From Podospora anserina (taxonomy: Eukaryota), in NCBI GenBank assembly GCA_017654855.1, contig CM030333.1, positions 2,418,001 through 2,482,000 of the forward strand: a stretch of DNA of 64,000 nucleotides, read 5' to 3'. Positions 44,572 to 58,357 of the stretch are shown one piece after another; the stretch's first letter is position 1, and the number at the start of each line of letters is the position of its first letter. The translations under genes were made by a program, and so were the position numbers. The notes beneath the pieces are model-generated. The model made no database searches, was not told the DNA's origin, and saw only the letters and a list, made by a program, of their open reading frames with translations.

Positions 44572-47500
44572 TTACGCCCTCCCCTCGCCGTTCCTAATAA
44601 CCATCCTCCCCTCCACCGCCTCAGCAGCCAAAAACCCCCTCGTCACCGGATCCTCCACCAACTGTCTATCAGTCCCCTGCTGCTGCCCCCTCTTCAAATG
44701 CCCAAACAAACAGCTCCACAAATCCTCCCCCTCCACCACCTCCCCCGCAATAACCCCGTCCCTCCCCATCAACCTCCCCAGCTTAGCCTGCTGCATCTCC
44801 AATCTATCCGCCTCTTCCAAATCCACCACCGCCACCACTGTCCCAGCCCTCTTTCCCTTCCCTTTGCCCTTCTTGCCATTATCATCATCCTGCTGCTGTT
44901 GTCCCCCCCCACCCCCAATATGCGCCAACCTCTTCCTCACACTCAAATCATATATCCCCTCCTCGACCGTCCCCTCCACCAGATACAACCACACCGTCGT
45001 CTCCTGCTCCTGCCCGATCCTGTCCACCCTTGCTATCGCCTGCAGTTCAAGCGCAGTGTTGAGCATTGGTTCACAGATGAAAACATGGCTTGCGTTGACT
45101 AGATTCAACCCCGAAGAGTGTGCTCGCGCGGATAATAAAAAGACTTCAACGGAAGGGTCGGATTTGAAGGAGGTGGTGCCGTTGGGTTTGTCGAAGGAGG
45201 TGTACCCTATGTGATACCTCTTGAAAGCAAGAGCGAGGACTTCGAGGAATTCCTTGTATTGGGAAAAGATGATTGATTTCGCTCCGGGGTCCGAACTCCG
45301 GAGCCAGAGGAGATGGCGGAGGAGGGTGTCGACTTTGGTTGTGTACGAGGGCCCGGAGGAAGGGAGGTCGATGGATTTGATTTGGGAAAGCTTTTCTGGG
45401 TTGAAGGTGCTGTAGATTGTTGTTGTGGGTTGGGATGGACTGGTGGGGGAGGAGGAGGATGAGGGCTGATCGTGGGGACTGGACGAAGGAGCAGGGGCTG
45501 CTGTTGTTGACTCGGGATGGAGTTTGAGTTCCTGAGGTTTGAGACTGATGTCGTGGAGGTTGTTGGAGTTGAGCTGCCTCTTGCAGACGGGGCACTTTCT
45601 GTGGGCTTTCCACCAGAGAGTTATGCATTCTTTGCAGAATTGGTGGCCGCATACCGTCAAAACTCCGATCGAGAAGGTAGATTGGCAGATGATGCACGTC
45701 TTGGACTCTTCGGAGCCTGATTCGGTGTCTTTCAGGTGGATCACTACGAACAGTGTTAGCTAGAGATTCGACATATAGTCATGATGAAGGGACTTACAGT
45801 ATCTGTGCTTGGCTTCAGCAGCTGCAAGCTTCCCCTGCAAAATCTGCACTTGCTTGTCCGCCGTCCGAAGCGCCGTCTGAAGAGGTCCCTCCTCTCTAGA
45901 GCCCTCATAATCACCGACCATATCGGAAACCTCTTGAAGCTGACGATAAAAGGCCAACCGAGCATTGAGCGTATCCATGCACTTTTCTGTCTCCTTCTCC
46001 ATGGACGCAACAGCCTTCGCCTGGTCATTCTGGTGATTAGTTGTCGACTTGAGCAGTGCATCGGCAATCTCAAGCTCGGCAGCAGCCCTTGCACTTCCTG
46101 AAGCCGTGTCTTGTCTCAGCTTCAGAGTCAAACCTCGCAGCTCTGATACCACCCCTCTCAATGAACTGAGTGCCTGCCCCTCAACAAAAGGAGGCTTGAT
46201 AGCCTGGCTCTGAGCAAGAAGCTGGAGGAGCTTTTCGGGAAAAGGTCCGTCTCCCTCAGCCGCCATCCGAGCAGCAACTTTGGTCTCATGTTCCACCAAA
46301 AAGTTCTTCTGTCCAGTTACCGCGGCTGACCGGTCAGCAAGAGCGGTGCGGAGGACTTGAAGATAGACAAGAATCTCGTCTTGGAGCTTGGTCGATTGCT
46401 CGTACTCTTCACCAGTGACCTCGTCGTTATCTTCGTCGACCAGCGGTTTGAGAAGAAGCTGAATAACGTGCTCTCGCCATTCATCTATCTGGTTTGCTTG
46501 TTCGTCCAAAGCCCCGCCGATGTCTGTCAAGGCATCGACGATTCTGCTCGTCTCGAGTCCCGATTGACTGGGAGGCTTGAATTCAGGGATCTCGGCAAAA
46601 TTTTGCTCGGCAGCCCGATGAGCCAAGTGCTCCATTAGCTTGGTAGCCTTCTTGTGGCTCTGAAGGTTGTGTTAGTCAGATCCCACCTTTTCCGGAAGAA
46701 GCAGAATTGTGATGACACACCTCGTGAAGAATCTCCTTTCTGATCTCTTTGGCGCGGTCATAGCTTTCCACCTCGAGCTTCTCCAGCTCTTTGAACTCAT
46801 CCGAGTCCTTCACAGTCGACGTCTCATCTGTCTTGATCGTAAAGTATGCATTTCCACAGAAGAACACAGCAGCATGCTGTACCTCCAAAGCAGAACGCAA
46901 CCTGCGTCGAGCCTCACCGACCTGAGCAGACCAAAACTCCTCACGCTCCCCCTCATCAGTCTCTTCATCGTCATCACTCTCTGATGTCGGGTTGCGAGGC
47001 TTTCGTGCTTTGCGTGCCTCCTCCTGGGCTTGTCGAAACTGTTGATGACATTCTGCAACCCAGCCATTGGCCTTATTCAGCACCTCCTTCCACAAAGCCA
47101 ACGCATCTCTCACCCGCTTCTGACATGCTAGGATTTGTCCACGTGCGAGCTGCCACTGAAGCAGGTTACGTTGGTCGGTCCTCATGGCTGCCTCACTCTG
47201 TTCCAGCATGGCTTCCAGAACCTCCATGACCGTCCGCATAGGCGCAGACTTTTGGCCCAACGCTCGACGATTCCGACTCCCCACCTCGGGATGCAAAGCT
47301 GTCTGACGAAGTCGATCGAGAGCTACACGCATAGCACTCTGGACAGCGGGATCTTCAGGGTCCCAATCATCACTCAGCGGGTTGCCTTGCCTATCAAGAC
47401 CGCAACTAGCCGTCAGTTCCTCGAAAAGACTCTGATAATGCTGTTCCTCGACAGCAGTAAAAGGCATCGTGATGACATAGCGCTTCTGAGGCGGGATCTT

Positions 47501-49258
47501 GATCTCGCTCTTGACCATGGATTTTGTGTGGCGCATAGATAGAAGTCGAAATAGCTCTCGGAATGACTGCTTGTCTCGCCTTGAGATGAGATTCCATACC
47601 TTGCCAGGGACTGCAAAGAGGTCGTAACGGAGGAACAGAAGAAGACCACGGAGATCCTTCTGGATATCGTCCTTCACTGGCGTACCAGTTACTCCCCAAG
47701 CATTAATCCTTGGAATTCGACGAGCCAGTTGCGCTGCGTTGGTACTCCGGTTTTCCACCATCTGGGCCTCGTCGATGCACACTCGCCACCAAGAGACCTG
47801 TACAAGAGGGGACTTGACCGATTCATATTGTTTCACGTTCCGCATCGATCGCACAGGCTCGTCAGAAGCTGCCCATATTTCAGTTCTTAGCACCTCGTAC
47901 GTTGTGACTACAACATCCTGCTGAGCAAGGTACTCTGCTGAGAGTTCTTGGCCTTCTTTGGATGCTTTTCTGATTCCAGGATAGAACAGTACGTTGAGAG
48001 ATGGTGCGTGACGTTGCATCTCCGAAAGCCACTGATCAAGCAGCGTAGTAGGCGTGACGATCAGTGTTGCCGATGATGCAAGTAGCTCCCTCCCTAGAAA
48101 GTGGTCGTAGACCATGACATTGGTTTCCGGGCGAGGATGCAAAAGCATCAGGCTGATGACTTCCAGCGTCTTCCCGAGACCCATTTCTTCAGCGAGAATC
48201 CCGCCGGGGGGGCCCTCCAGAGCCTCAAATAAACCGGTATCTGTTGTGACCGCACCGATCAGCGGGCTCAAATAGATCGTGTTGCCATCAACATCATGAG
48301 CCTTCGACCAAGAAATTGGTAACTCGGTCGAATCTGACGGCGGATTTGGCACGACACCGCCCACGCCGTTGTGTGCATCTTGAGACCACCGTACACCCTC
48401 CCGCTTTAGCAACCACTGGACGGCTCTCTGCTGGAATGGGTACAGTTTTGCCTCTAACCGTGGGACCTCCATTTTTGAGACCTCTGCATCGAAGCTTTGC
48501 TTGTCTGGGACACATGCAGCCTCGTAAAAGTCTTGAGGCGACCATGAAAGCGAGGATAATTTATCCTTGGGCAGGGCCAGCTCCGGGTACCATGTCGAAA
48601 ACACGATATTTCGAAGCGTCTCCTGTGGCGATGTGGCAGCCCTTTTGCTGCTCCAAACTGTAACTTGTTCATTCCATCTGACCTCAATTGAGACCTCAAG
48701 ACGGAGGCCTGGACCGCTCTGCTGGATGGACATGGCCACAGCGGTCCACAGACATCCTTCATCGCCGGGATCGACACCTTGAGTATGAGCCACCTCCAAC
48801 GCTGGTCTCAAGGTTGGGGATGTTTCATCGCCTTGTAGCCGGAACGAGAGATGAAAGTTTGAGTTTCGGGATTTTGTCCGAGGTCCAATTATCAGTTGCA
48901 AATCGGACGAAGGGACGAATATCTGAGCCGATTGGGCAGTGAAGACCTGCAAGGCGATGATATTGCTGACATCTCGGGATGTGCTCAGTCCATTGTAGTC
49001 GAAATCTGGTGCGTCGGTAATGAGAAGCGACAGAGATTCCCGTGCTACTGTTATCACACCATGGCGTGATGTCTTGGCCCGTTTTGCAGGATGTTCTGAG
49101 CCCTGCTGATCCTTGGGGACCGACATAGGGGCGGACCGAAGCTGCGTCAGAAACGCTGTAACATTTTCGCCTTCGTTGGCAGCATCTTCCGCGGGGGATG
49201 ATTTCCTTGACCTTCTCGCAGCCAAGCTTTGCGCCCTTCGGCTGGCCTTGGGGGGCAT
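44572..49258 (-). CDS. IRC20: SNF2-family helicase with RING finger (Irc20/SHPRH-like E3 ligase)
   Basis: LYPFQQRAV, GGILAEEMGLGKT, WWRVCIDEAQ, VTGTP, LRQTALHP, RING CIIC..CGHQFCKEC..CPVC, SIIFSQ, GLNLVNASHVF and ELQAIARVDRIGQ. Introns 46720-46660 and 45797-45744. Confidence 0.92.
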
Positions 49259-50116
49259 TCTTCCAAGATGAGTGACGAGAGATAAGTTACTGCCCACCCC
49301 TACCTACATAAGGAGGGGGCAGATTTCAATGAAAAGGTTGCTGCCACCTGGTAAATTTCCATAGAATATCAGATCTACGGCAGGTTAGTGACATGAGGAG
49401 TATAAAACGGTGTATTGTCAAGCTCACGTGTAGACAACTGTTTGTGGCCGACTGGGTAGTCTCGAGAATATGTCCAGGTATGTGAGCGACGTTGGTTGCC
49501 TATGCGAGAGCAAAAGGTCAAGGGTGATATAAAACCGATTACCAAGCTGATGTCGCCTTCTAGCTGGGATGGACATATAGCTGGCTGGAGCAGCTTTCAC
49601 GATGTGATGGCTGAAAGGATCGAATCTTGGACTGGCCAGGTCGCTGGGATGAAAGGTTCATGCAGGATCTGGAGGAGTGTTGGGTCAAACGAGGAGAGCC
49701 AGGCAGGTCGAGGGGGGGCGGTAGCTTATAAGTGCCATATCAGTACCAGTGGTTGAATTGCAGCCTTGCAAGTGGAAGACCCCACCATAAGTTGAGATTG
49801 GAGCTCGGTGATTGGCTCATGCTTTGACCCCTCCAAACAGTGCCGCCTGCCAAGATCAGATTGTGGTCTGTGCGCTGGGACCTTGCATGGCAGTTGAACG
49901 GAAAAACTTTCGACTCCATGGAGCGCATTCGACCGACGAGAGGAAGCGATTGACTGCCGCCAAAGGACCCTTGAGGCTATCTCGACCGGGCGAGACCACA
50001 TACTAGAACCGAATGTTAGGAGGAGTTGTTCCATAGGTTAGTTCCCCCGCCGCCACAGCACCTCTCTGGTACTATGAACCAACTAGTCCAGCCTCCTAAT
50101 TCTCTCAACAGCGCAC

Positions 50117-50863
50117 ATGAATTCGCTACGACTCCATTCTGCCTTCGGGCTCCTGCTTCGACCTGCCGCCGCTGCCCCGGTTGGTGTTTCGACCGCTGTC
50201 CACGGACTCAGAGCCTTCTCTGCGACGACATCCTCACAATCCGCCGAAGCCGCCCCATCACCTGTCCCAAAACCCAAGACATGGATCCCGAATCCTACAC
50301 CATTCGTCCCCAATGTCCAGACCTTCCTCACCCTGATCGGCCGCGATCTTAAATCACACGCCTCCAAATTTCCCTCATGGGATTCACTTTTCAGCTTAAG
50401 TTCTGAACAACTGAGGGAGCTCGGTGTGGAACCACCACGCTCACGGCGGTATCTCCTAAGGTGGCGGGACAAGTTTGCGAGGGGAGAGTACGGCATTGGT
50501 GGTGACTTGAAGTATGTCAAGGGCGGCAAAGCTATTTTGAAGCTGGTGGAGAAGGTCAAGAGCCCAGAGTTGAGGTTACGATATGTGGTCAACGTGCCTG
50601 AGGGCAAGGAGGTGGAAGATCTCCCGCTCAGCCAACAGGTCAGGGCGAAGGGTTTCAAAGTCAGGGGTGTCGACAAGATCACAGGTCCATATGTTCTACC
50701 ACTGAAGGGCGGTAGGGCAGCTGTGCTCAAGGTGACGGAGGGCATGTGGGAAGACAAGAGAGGACACAAGGTGGATGGCGGTGAGAGAAGACGGGCCGAG
50801 GTCCGCTTCAAGCGGGGTGTTGCCGAGCGGAAGGCCCGGAGAGAGGCTCAGGGTCTCTATTAA
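50117..50863 (+). CDS. FYV4: Mitochondrial ribosomal small-subunit protein mS41/Fyv4 (IGR domain)
   Basis: Mitochondrial presequence, then PFVPNVQTFLTLIGRDL..FPSWDSLF..LRELGVEPPRSRRYLL and C-terminal GMWEDKRGHKVDGGERRR. Confidence 0.9.
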   Translation: MNSLRLHSAFGLLLRPAAAAPVGVSTAVHGLRAFSATTSSQSAEAAPSPVPKPKTWIPNPTPFVPNVQTFLTLIGRDLKSHASKFPSWDSLFSLSSEQLRELGVEPPRSRRYLLRWRDKFARGEYGIGGDLKYVKGGKAILKLVEKVKSPELRLRYVVNVPEGKEVEDLPLSQQVRAKGFKVRGVDKITGPYVLPLKGGRAAVLKVTEGMWEDKRGHKVDGGERRRAEVRFKRGVAERKARREAQGLY

Positions 50864-53800
50864 GAGTATTGCTCTCTTGATGGCGCATCTGGATGGGTGG
50901 CCTGAGAGACGATCTCGTCACAATTGTAAAACTTGTACATTAATAGAATTAGACATTCTATACCCAACCGCCAGCGGCCTGTCTCTGTAGGATATCTCCA
51001 CCGTCAACTCGGATCCTGACGGAGCTTGATATATTGGTCTAGCAGCTGGTGACTGATGATGGGAACGAGTACGAGTATCGCAATCTGGGTAAGGGTTGTG
51101 AATGCAACAGGATATGGGAACAGGAGTGCGATCTGCCATTCCAGCATTTTGGCAAAAGGGCTTTCGACAGCACCTTCCGCATTCGAACCACGGGGGACGC
51201 GAATGCTTGGTGGTCGGTGTCCGACTTTCCACTGCATTGTCAGCCTTTACTAATGGGTCATGGAGGGGCCTTGGGACCCCAATTAACTCAAACAGGAAGC
51301 ACACTGCAACCTTAGGTCCAAAAACACGCCCAATTCACCAGTCCTCCAGGCTTCAGAATCAAAAAAAGACGCCGTGATGAGGCCGAACACGAAATGACTG
51401 GTAGAACATCCATGAGGGGGATGAGAATACTTAAATCCTAGCGGCCGCACCAGCAGGGCTGAGCAGAGCTTTTGCGACCCGCGACTTACGCCAACACCAG
51501 GCAACGAGAAAATGCACCTTACATAAGAGAAGGGCTCGACCCGACCCCAACGGCAAGCACACTTACGCGGCCAGTCTTCGCTTTCCGACCTTGCTTCGTC
51601 GTCCACCATCGTCACCGTCGCTACCTTCTTTTGCTCGCCATGGCAGTCATTTACACTGACGTAACTTGTTGAGTCGTGGGGGGAAGGATGAACCCCGAGG
51701 GTTGCCAGCAGCAAACAGGCAGCAGCAGCAGCACTCAGTCCCTCGACCGATCTCGCAACCGCTCGCGCTCACTCTGGATCAGCAAAGCAAATGAATGAAC
51801 CGTCAATTGGGTTCCTCTTACGAGAGGGGGGGTGTAGAAGAGAGTTTGGTCGTCCAGAAGGAACTTTGACCAACTGGGTTGGAAACCTGGTTGCCATCAT
51901 TTCGAACGCCGCGGGCTAAACCTCTTCCGGATACATCTGCACGCCTTCTCGTCACTGCAACACAAAGTGGTATCGAGCTTCAGAATGGGCCAGGAGAAAG
52001 AGAGCAGGACGGAGTGATATTTTTGGCGAGGTCATAGTCGGATCATGGAAAGTGCCACACACGGCAACGAGGCAACGATTTGCCCCTACGATACGACCAG
52101 ACATGCCAGTACATCGACACGCACCGATCAGGAAGGACGGAATAACCGGTCGAGGAGATTGCATTGTCTCCTCTGGGCTTCGAGAGGAGGACCAAACGGA
52201 GACCTTGAATCTGTTCGAACCGGCCTTGGGGCGAACGCCAACACCACCTGTTCTGGCCATGGACTTTCTTTCCCCAGTGTACCTGCATATGGAGGTGTTA
52301 GGTCTATCCACGGAACCTCGGTCATCGCCAATTCTTTCGCCGCAGGATGCCCACTTTCAAGACACCTATGAGATCAGAGCTGTTCGGTGACCAGAAAGGT
52401 ATGGTATATCACTCTTGAGGGTGTCTGCTAAGCTACCCAGACCATGCGGAAGAAACTTGCTTCGGGGTACAATCCATCCGAGTGAGCTATTATTCATCTC
52501 GAGTTGATGAAGTGGTTACATCACAGCGAATACTACAGAGACGGCGAGTTTGGTGCTATCGCTCGAGGCTTGGGGCAGGACCATGCCTGTTGAGGCTGTG
52601 GATGCACCGGTACCTGATCTGAAAACAGGCGTTGTTGTTCTCGGAGGGTGTGGGCAAGCCTGCGAAGAAGCGGGATCGTGATTCGAACGGATCAACACAC
52701 CCCTGAAGGCTACTCAACGGCGGACCATCATTTGTCCAGTACATCACCATCCGGGCCGTCGACTAGCAGGTTGTACGCAAAGCACAGCCCAGGCTCGACT
52801 TTGACGCGGGGACACGGCGGGGATATTCTTCTTTCGGAGAAAGTTGACTCTTTTGCTGCTAAACTTGTATGTGCGGCTGAAAATCGAGCATCGTCAAAAG
52901 TCTCGGGGTTGAGAAGTCTAAGCCCCAAAGAGCAGAAACTCCACGCGGGGAGCAAGAGAGCGGGTGAATCGGGGAACGGACGGTCTTGCTTCGGGTGGCT
53001 TGTTGGGCATCTGCGGAAAACTGCCGCCGCAACCGTTGAAAGTTGCATTCACCCTCCTGCGCCGCCCCAGGTCTTGGCACTTATCGGCTGTCGCTACGCC
53101 GCTTCGGCTGCCCGTTCTCCTCGGACGGGAGACGGGAAGTTTGAAGAAGACCAAGACACGGAGCAATGGTTCAGCTGTTCTGGTCTCTTCAGTCTTGGTG
53201 TGCTTGGAAGGTAGGCGGGCATATTCAAGATCGGTATTGACGGTATACCGCATGTAAGTGCTGGTAGCAAGCAACTTCTCATGGCACGTTACGTCGAGCA
53301 TCCGGCCTGCTATCAATATCATTATCTCCAATATAGCATCCAATCAGATCCTCTTCACAACGCCGCCATTCTCATCATCTTGCTTGCTTGTGAACATGGT
53401 GTAAGTGCGGGGTGTCGTGCACAAGACAAGGGAGCCCTTGGCGCGCAGATAAATTTAGATAAGTTCCAGCTGAATCGGTTTAGTGTTGCTCCGTTTCACC
53501 TTTTTTATTCCTTTCCCCGACCGAACATGTCAGTTGAGACAGAAATCCCATGTCTCTGACAGATCACGGGTAAAGTGTTATTCGCTTCTGAATCATTTCC
53601 ATGCGTGGTGATTGAGGAGCGGTCAAAAAACATGCCTCCACGTGAGCCCAAGCGAAGAAGAGAAGTCATTCACACGAGACCAGCGGACCAATGGCGTGTC
53701 AAGGAGGTAGGTTGCTACCAATTGAAAACGCACCAATTCTCGTATCACCTGGGGGAGTGGCAGGGTAGCGCCTGCTGGGAGGGATGGGATTGTGTCAACC

Positions 53801-56800
53801 CCCCGTGCAGATATTGTATTGATATTGGATGGAACTGGTACCTACCTGGGAGTCAATCATTGGGATGAGTGGGATCGAAGACTGCCGCAACATAGTACTA
53901 GCTTCAAGAAGAGACCAAAAATCGCATCCAAGTTGAACACTGCTTGACTAAAAAAACCGTAGAAACCCTCTCCAAGTGGCCACTGTAACGCAAAAACAAA
54001 AAAAAAGATCTAATTCAGGAAACATCACGACGTCGGCGGCGTCTCGGCCACACTGTCACCAGTTGTTTGCCAAGTTCGATTGGACGGGAAAGACTTCCAG
54101 CTGAAAGAGACAACCTGAGCGGTCCGCTTCCCGGAAGTCAAACATTGTTTCTCCATGGTCGCGGCAATGGGTCTCTTGTGTGTCTCGCGGGAGGGACGGT
54201 GGCTCATTTTTTATTTTCCTTCTCGGGCCCATTCAACCGGCCTCGGATGTATCTAGCATGAATTTATTCTGAATTTAGAAACCATCTGTCGATGATTCCA
54301 TCTCTCTCAATAAAACAGATTGGTCTTCTTTTTTTTCTTGCGAGACCCGAGCTATCCTATCCTATGCTACCCACCCACCAACTGCTTGGCCACGATGGCG
54401 ATCATTTGGATGTCACGGCGGGGTTTCTCCGGCAATCCGTAGATAGATACGCTGTCAATGATTGACCATTGTCCCCTTGAAAGTTCGCTTGTTCGTGGCA
54501 GTGCTGTTCTTGACTGTTTAAGCTTATATTTCTCCCGGAGTAACTTGTACACACCGAACGACGCAATAGGGTTGCAAGGGAACAACAAGACAGAAGAAGA
54601 GGCTCTATGATCATGGTGACAAACTGCCAAGTTGCCGAAACTGAAGCGAAGCTAAGCACCACGATGGTATATGTTGATCCACGTATAGGGTTGGAAGTTG
54701 ACTGGATGCTCCGTATTCCCGCCCGCAAAAAAAGATTTACACATAGTTTACAGGGGTGATAACTGCCAAGATATATCTCTTAACAGAGAGATCTGTCTGC
54801 CTGCTGCACAGTGCTTTTGGTTCAACGGTGTCATGGCTCATCGTTGGTAAAAAAGAGCCCCCAACCACCCGCAGACAGGAGATTCCTCATGAACCCCATC
54901 GGTATGGTATCGCATCTATGCATCTTCTGTGGCACAAAAGCAAGCGGTGGTGGGGGGAAGGGGCAACGGTTCACCCACGATCAGATGGAAAATATATGAG
55001 CCGCAAGGGGTTGGCAGACCTGGGGTGGTTCATTCTTTGTGATACCACCACGCCTTGCGCCCAGGTGATCCCACAGCCTGGTTGCTTCAATTGCGTTAAT
55101 AATTTCGACGTCGTACTCGACGGCACAGGCATATCTTGGTCCCCCAGCAGAAACTCAGCTGCCGAAACAGTCAGAGTCACAATCGAAGAATGGTTGATGA
55201 GTGAGAGACCCCACAGTTTATTGAATCCTTCCTAGACGAGGCTGTGGGAAGAACACCTCACCAGATGTATTGTAGAATGCATCATCTTGGGTCACCGAAT
55301 CGATCGGTCGGAAGGTTGGCCCGAGATGCGATGGGACTTCATCCGCAAGATGCCGTGCCGTTTTGGAAGAATGCCCATCCTCTAGGAGGGGAAAAATGTC
55401 TCTGGGCAAAGAGAAAGACATGTAGTTGATGCTTAATGCGGTTAATCCTCGCGAACCAGAGAGAGAGCGCGAGAGAGCTGACTGTGGTGTCGTTTAAACA
55501 ACGATGTCAGGGACCCCACTGCAGGTCCCGCAGCGAAAAACCCTCGACCAGGGTTGCCCTTGCGTTACCCACTAAACTCTATCTGTACTAAGCCCCGCCA
55601 AATTGACTACATTTGGGGCCTGTGATTGGCTGACCGATACAATTACCAAATCTGCAACGGTCCTCCCACTTTCAACAACTCTTCCATCCGGCAGAAGAGA
55701 AGGAGCACAGCACACCTCAGCTGCGAGTGATCCATCTTGTTCCTGAGAATCTGCACGCGACCAAAAGCAAAACCCAGACAGGCTCTTCTTCCTTCTCCGC
55801 CGAGAGAGTCATCATCTTCTTACGCATGCTAGCCAGGCTGCCATGAGAGAACCTGGATGCCTCACCGGGAGGCTGCCCCTGCCGTGAACGAGCTTTCTCC
55901 GGGTTTGGTGACCGAATGCATGTGTGGGGGAAGGAACTGCCTCCCGCTCTCTCGCCCAACAAACCCAGCCTCCTCGGGACGTTCTGAGGGGTCTTTACTC
56001 CACATTATCAGATGCTGGTCACTGATCAGCAACCCACCGCCGACCCTCTTGAGTTTGCTCGCCTTTCTCAATGCCCGCTTCTGCTTTGCCCTGATCTGGC
56101 AGCGAGATCCCTCAATGCCCTACTCTTTCATTGTTCTCTGCCATGAGGGCCAATGATTGGTCTGGAATTCCCTAAATATACTTCTTCTCTGCTTTCTATT
56201 TGTTCCTTTTTCCATCGTTTCCCATCCTTGTCTTACTTGACCCCCGTGCCGAGGTGGAAACACCAGATTTCCCATTCAGCGCATAGAGGATTGCCCGGTG
56301 TTCGGGTCAATTTATCTATCGTATTTCTCGTTTCTTGTTGCTGGGCAGTGTCGTGTCTGCGGAATACGTCTTCGCTCAGCTTGACTGGTTACCTAATCAG
56401 CTGTCTGAGCGCTCCAGGGACAGCACACATTGGAATGAGGCTGGGTTCGCCTCGAGCGGGACCATCTGGTAGGTTGTCTTGGTGGGTGGGTGCAGTGCCG
56501 TCACTCTGCCGATGGGTCAGGGGGGAGCTCAGATACGTACCGCCCTCTGCTCTACCTTGAGGCAAGGTACCATGTCAAGGTGAAGACGGGAGGGGAAGGC
56601 GAGTGGGGAGCGGAACACAACCAAAGTCACTTTTTCCTCTTGTCCCATCCACTCACCGTTGACCAGGTACCGACGACCAGACACCACTCTGTCTGTCTCG
56701 CCGGACACGCCCCCCCTCCACTCCAGCCCACTGGCTCAAGCTTCCTCTCCCCCTCCCAGTAGCCTGTGTCCACACGCATCTCGACTCTCTCAAACGACGG

Positions 56801-57501
56801 CTGCTGCTTGACTGGCACTTGCAGCCACCCTCACCCTTGCCCATCCACTCGCCTACCCATCCCTGCCTCCCGTTCGCCATGAGTCTTGGTCTTGAATCCA
56901 CAACGGGTGCCAGGGGGAGTAGGACGAGAGGGTTTGACTCTAGACACACCCAGATCATCAGCCCGCTCCACTACTGACCTTCAACCCGCTCTCTTGGCCT
57001 GGTCACCGGTGCCGGTTTAAGACAGTTTAAACTCTTCGGATTGCCCGTCTTATACGGTCTTCGCAAGCCCTTTGCGTGTCATCCTTCTTGCACCCCTCGA
57101 CTTACACCTACCTCCATTCGCTGTCCTCGTACTACGGCCGACGCCGCAAATACCGTCATCATCGTCTTGCTCGTTCCTTCAACGTCGACGCTAAGCCCTA
57201 GAGACCCTGGCCTACTATTCCGAGTTTGGTGACCGTTTGTGATCAAGGCCTCAAGGCACTCACCTCCTCGACAGCCTTACGGGGCTCTTCATCGTCATCA
57301 TCCTTGACGGAACTTGGTATATAAGAGATCTTGAATCTCCCGACTGGACGCCACAGAATCGCAACAGAAGATACAAGCTCGAGCATCGTTCCAGAAGCAT
57401 CATCTTGTAGATCCTGAGCCAATATCTTGAGATTCTGAGCGCAGTCGTTTGACCTGTGAGACTCGTTTTTTCTCTTCATTATTTTCTTTCAAGTCTTTAG
57501 A

Positions 57502-58357
57502 ATGTTCCCATACCAATACTCTCATGATACAGATTACTCGGGCATCGACCCAGACTACACGGGAAGCTACCCTGACGAGTCCTTGGTAGACTGGGACGGA
57601 GCTCAAGGCAGCACCGTCTACACACCGGCACCCAGCAGCAGTTCGAACAAGAGCCGCAGCAGCAAACGGTCCAAGTCAAGCAAACTCACGAATTACTCGG
57701 GCTCAGACACCGAAACAGAAGAAGCCAAGATGTCTTCACGATCATCCAAGTATTCGGGTTCCACCAGCTCCAAGAAGGAGAAGTCTTCGTCACCGAGATC
57801 AAAGGAGTCTGATGACTGGAGTGCCGTGACTGACCCGGAGATGAGACGCCGGATTCAAAATAGGATTGCTCAGCGCAAGTTCAGTACGTCTTACCCCGTT
57901 TTGTTACTCTCTTGGCATATACTTACATGGTGATACAGGGGACAAGGCCCGTGAGCAAAAGGAGCGCGACCAACGCGATGCCCTTAATGAGCAATATGCC
58001 GACAGTAGCTACCGCATCCGCAGTGCCGATGAGTTGGTGGACGAAGGGGATCTGGCATGGGGCAGCTTCAGCATGGGCCACATGCTCTCTCGAGGGCATG
58101 AAGCTGCCAGTGCGGGGCAACGGACTCACAGTGGCGGGAGCAGAAGGGAGTCTGACCTCGTGATGGATCAGGCCATGTATAGCAGCCACAGCATGAGCCC
58201 TTACCCACCGACATCAATGGGCATCCCGACGACCTCGGGCTATACCATGGGGGGGGGTGCCAGCTGGGGCGGGGACGGGGCAAGCAGCGGAGGGGGTGAT
58301 GTTGGGTACTATGATTCGCCTTATGGTGGGTACTATGATGGCACGGAACACCGTTGA
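57502..58357 (+). CDS. bZIP-like transcription factor (basic region of the DW..VTDP..RRRIQNRIAQRKFR type)
   Basis: DDWSAVTDPEMRRRIQNRIAQRKF/RDKAREQKE joined by intron 57884-57938 (GTACGT..TACAG); stop at 58357. Confidence 0.88.

Noticed and set aside
51374..51462. C/D snoRNA-like GTGATGA..CTGA (89 nt)
   Set aside because: Spacing is right, but there is no terminal stem and at best an 8-9 nt possible rRNA match, which is expected by chance.
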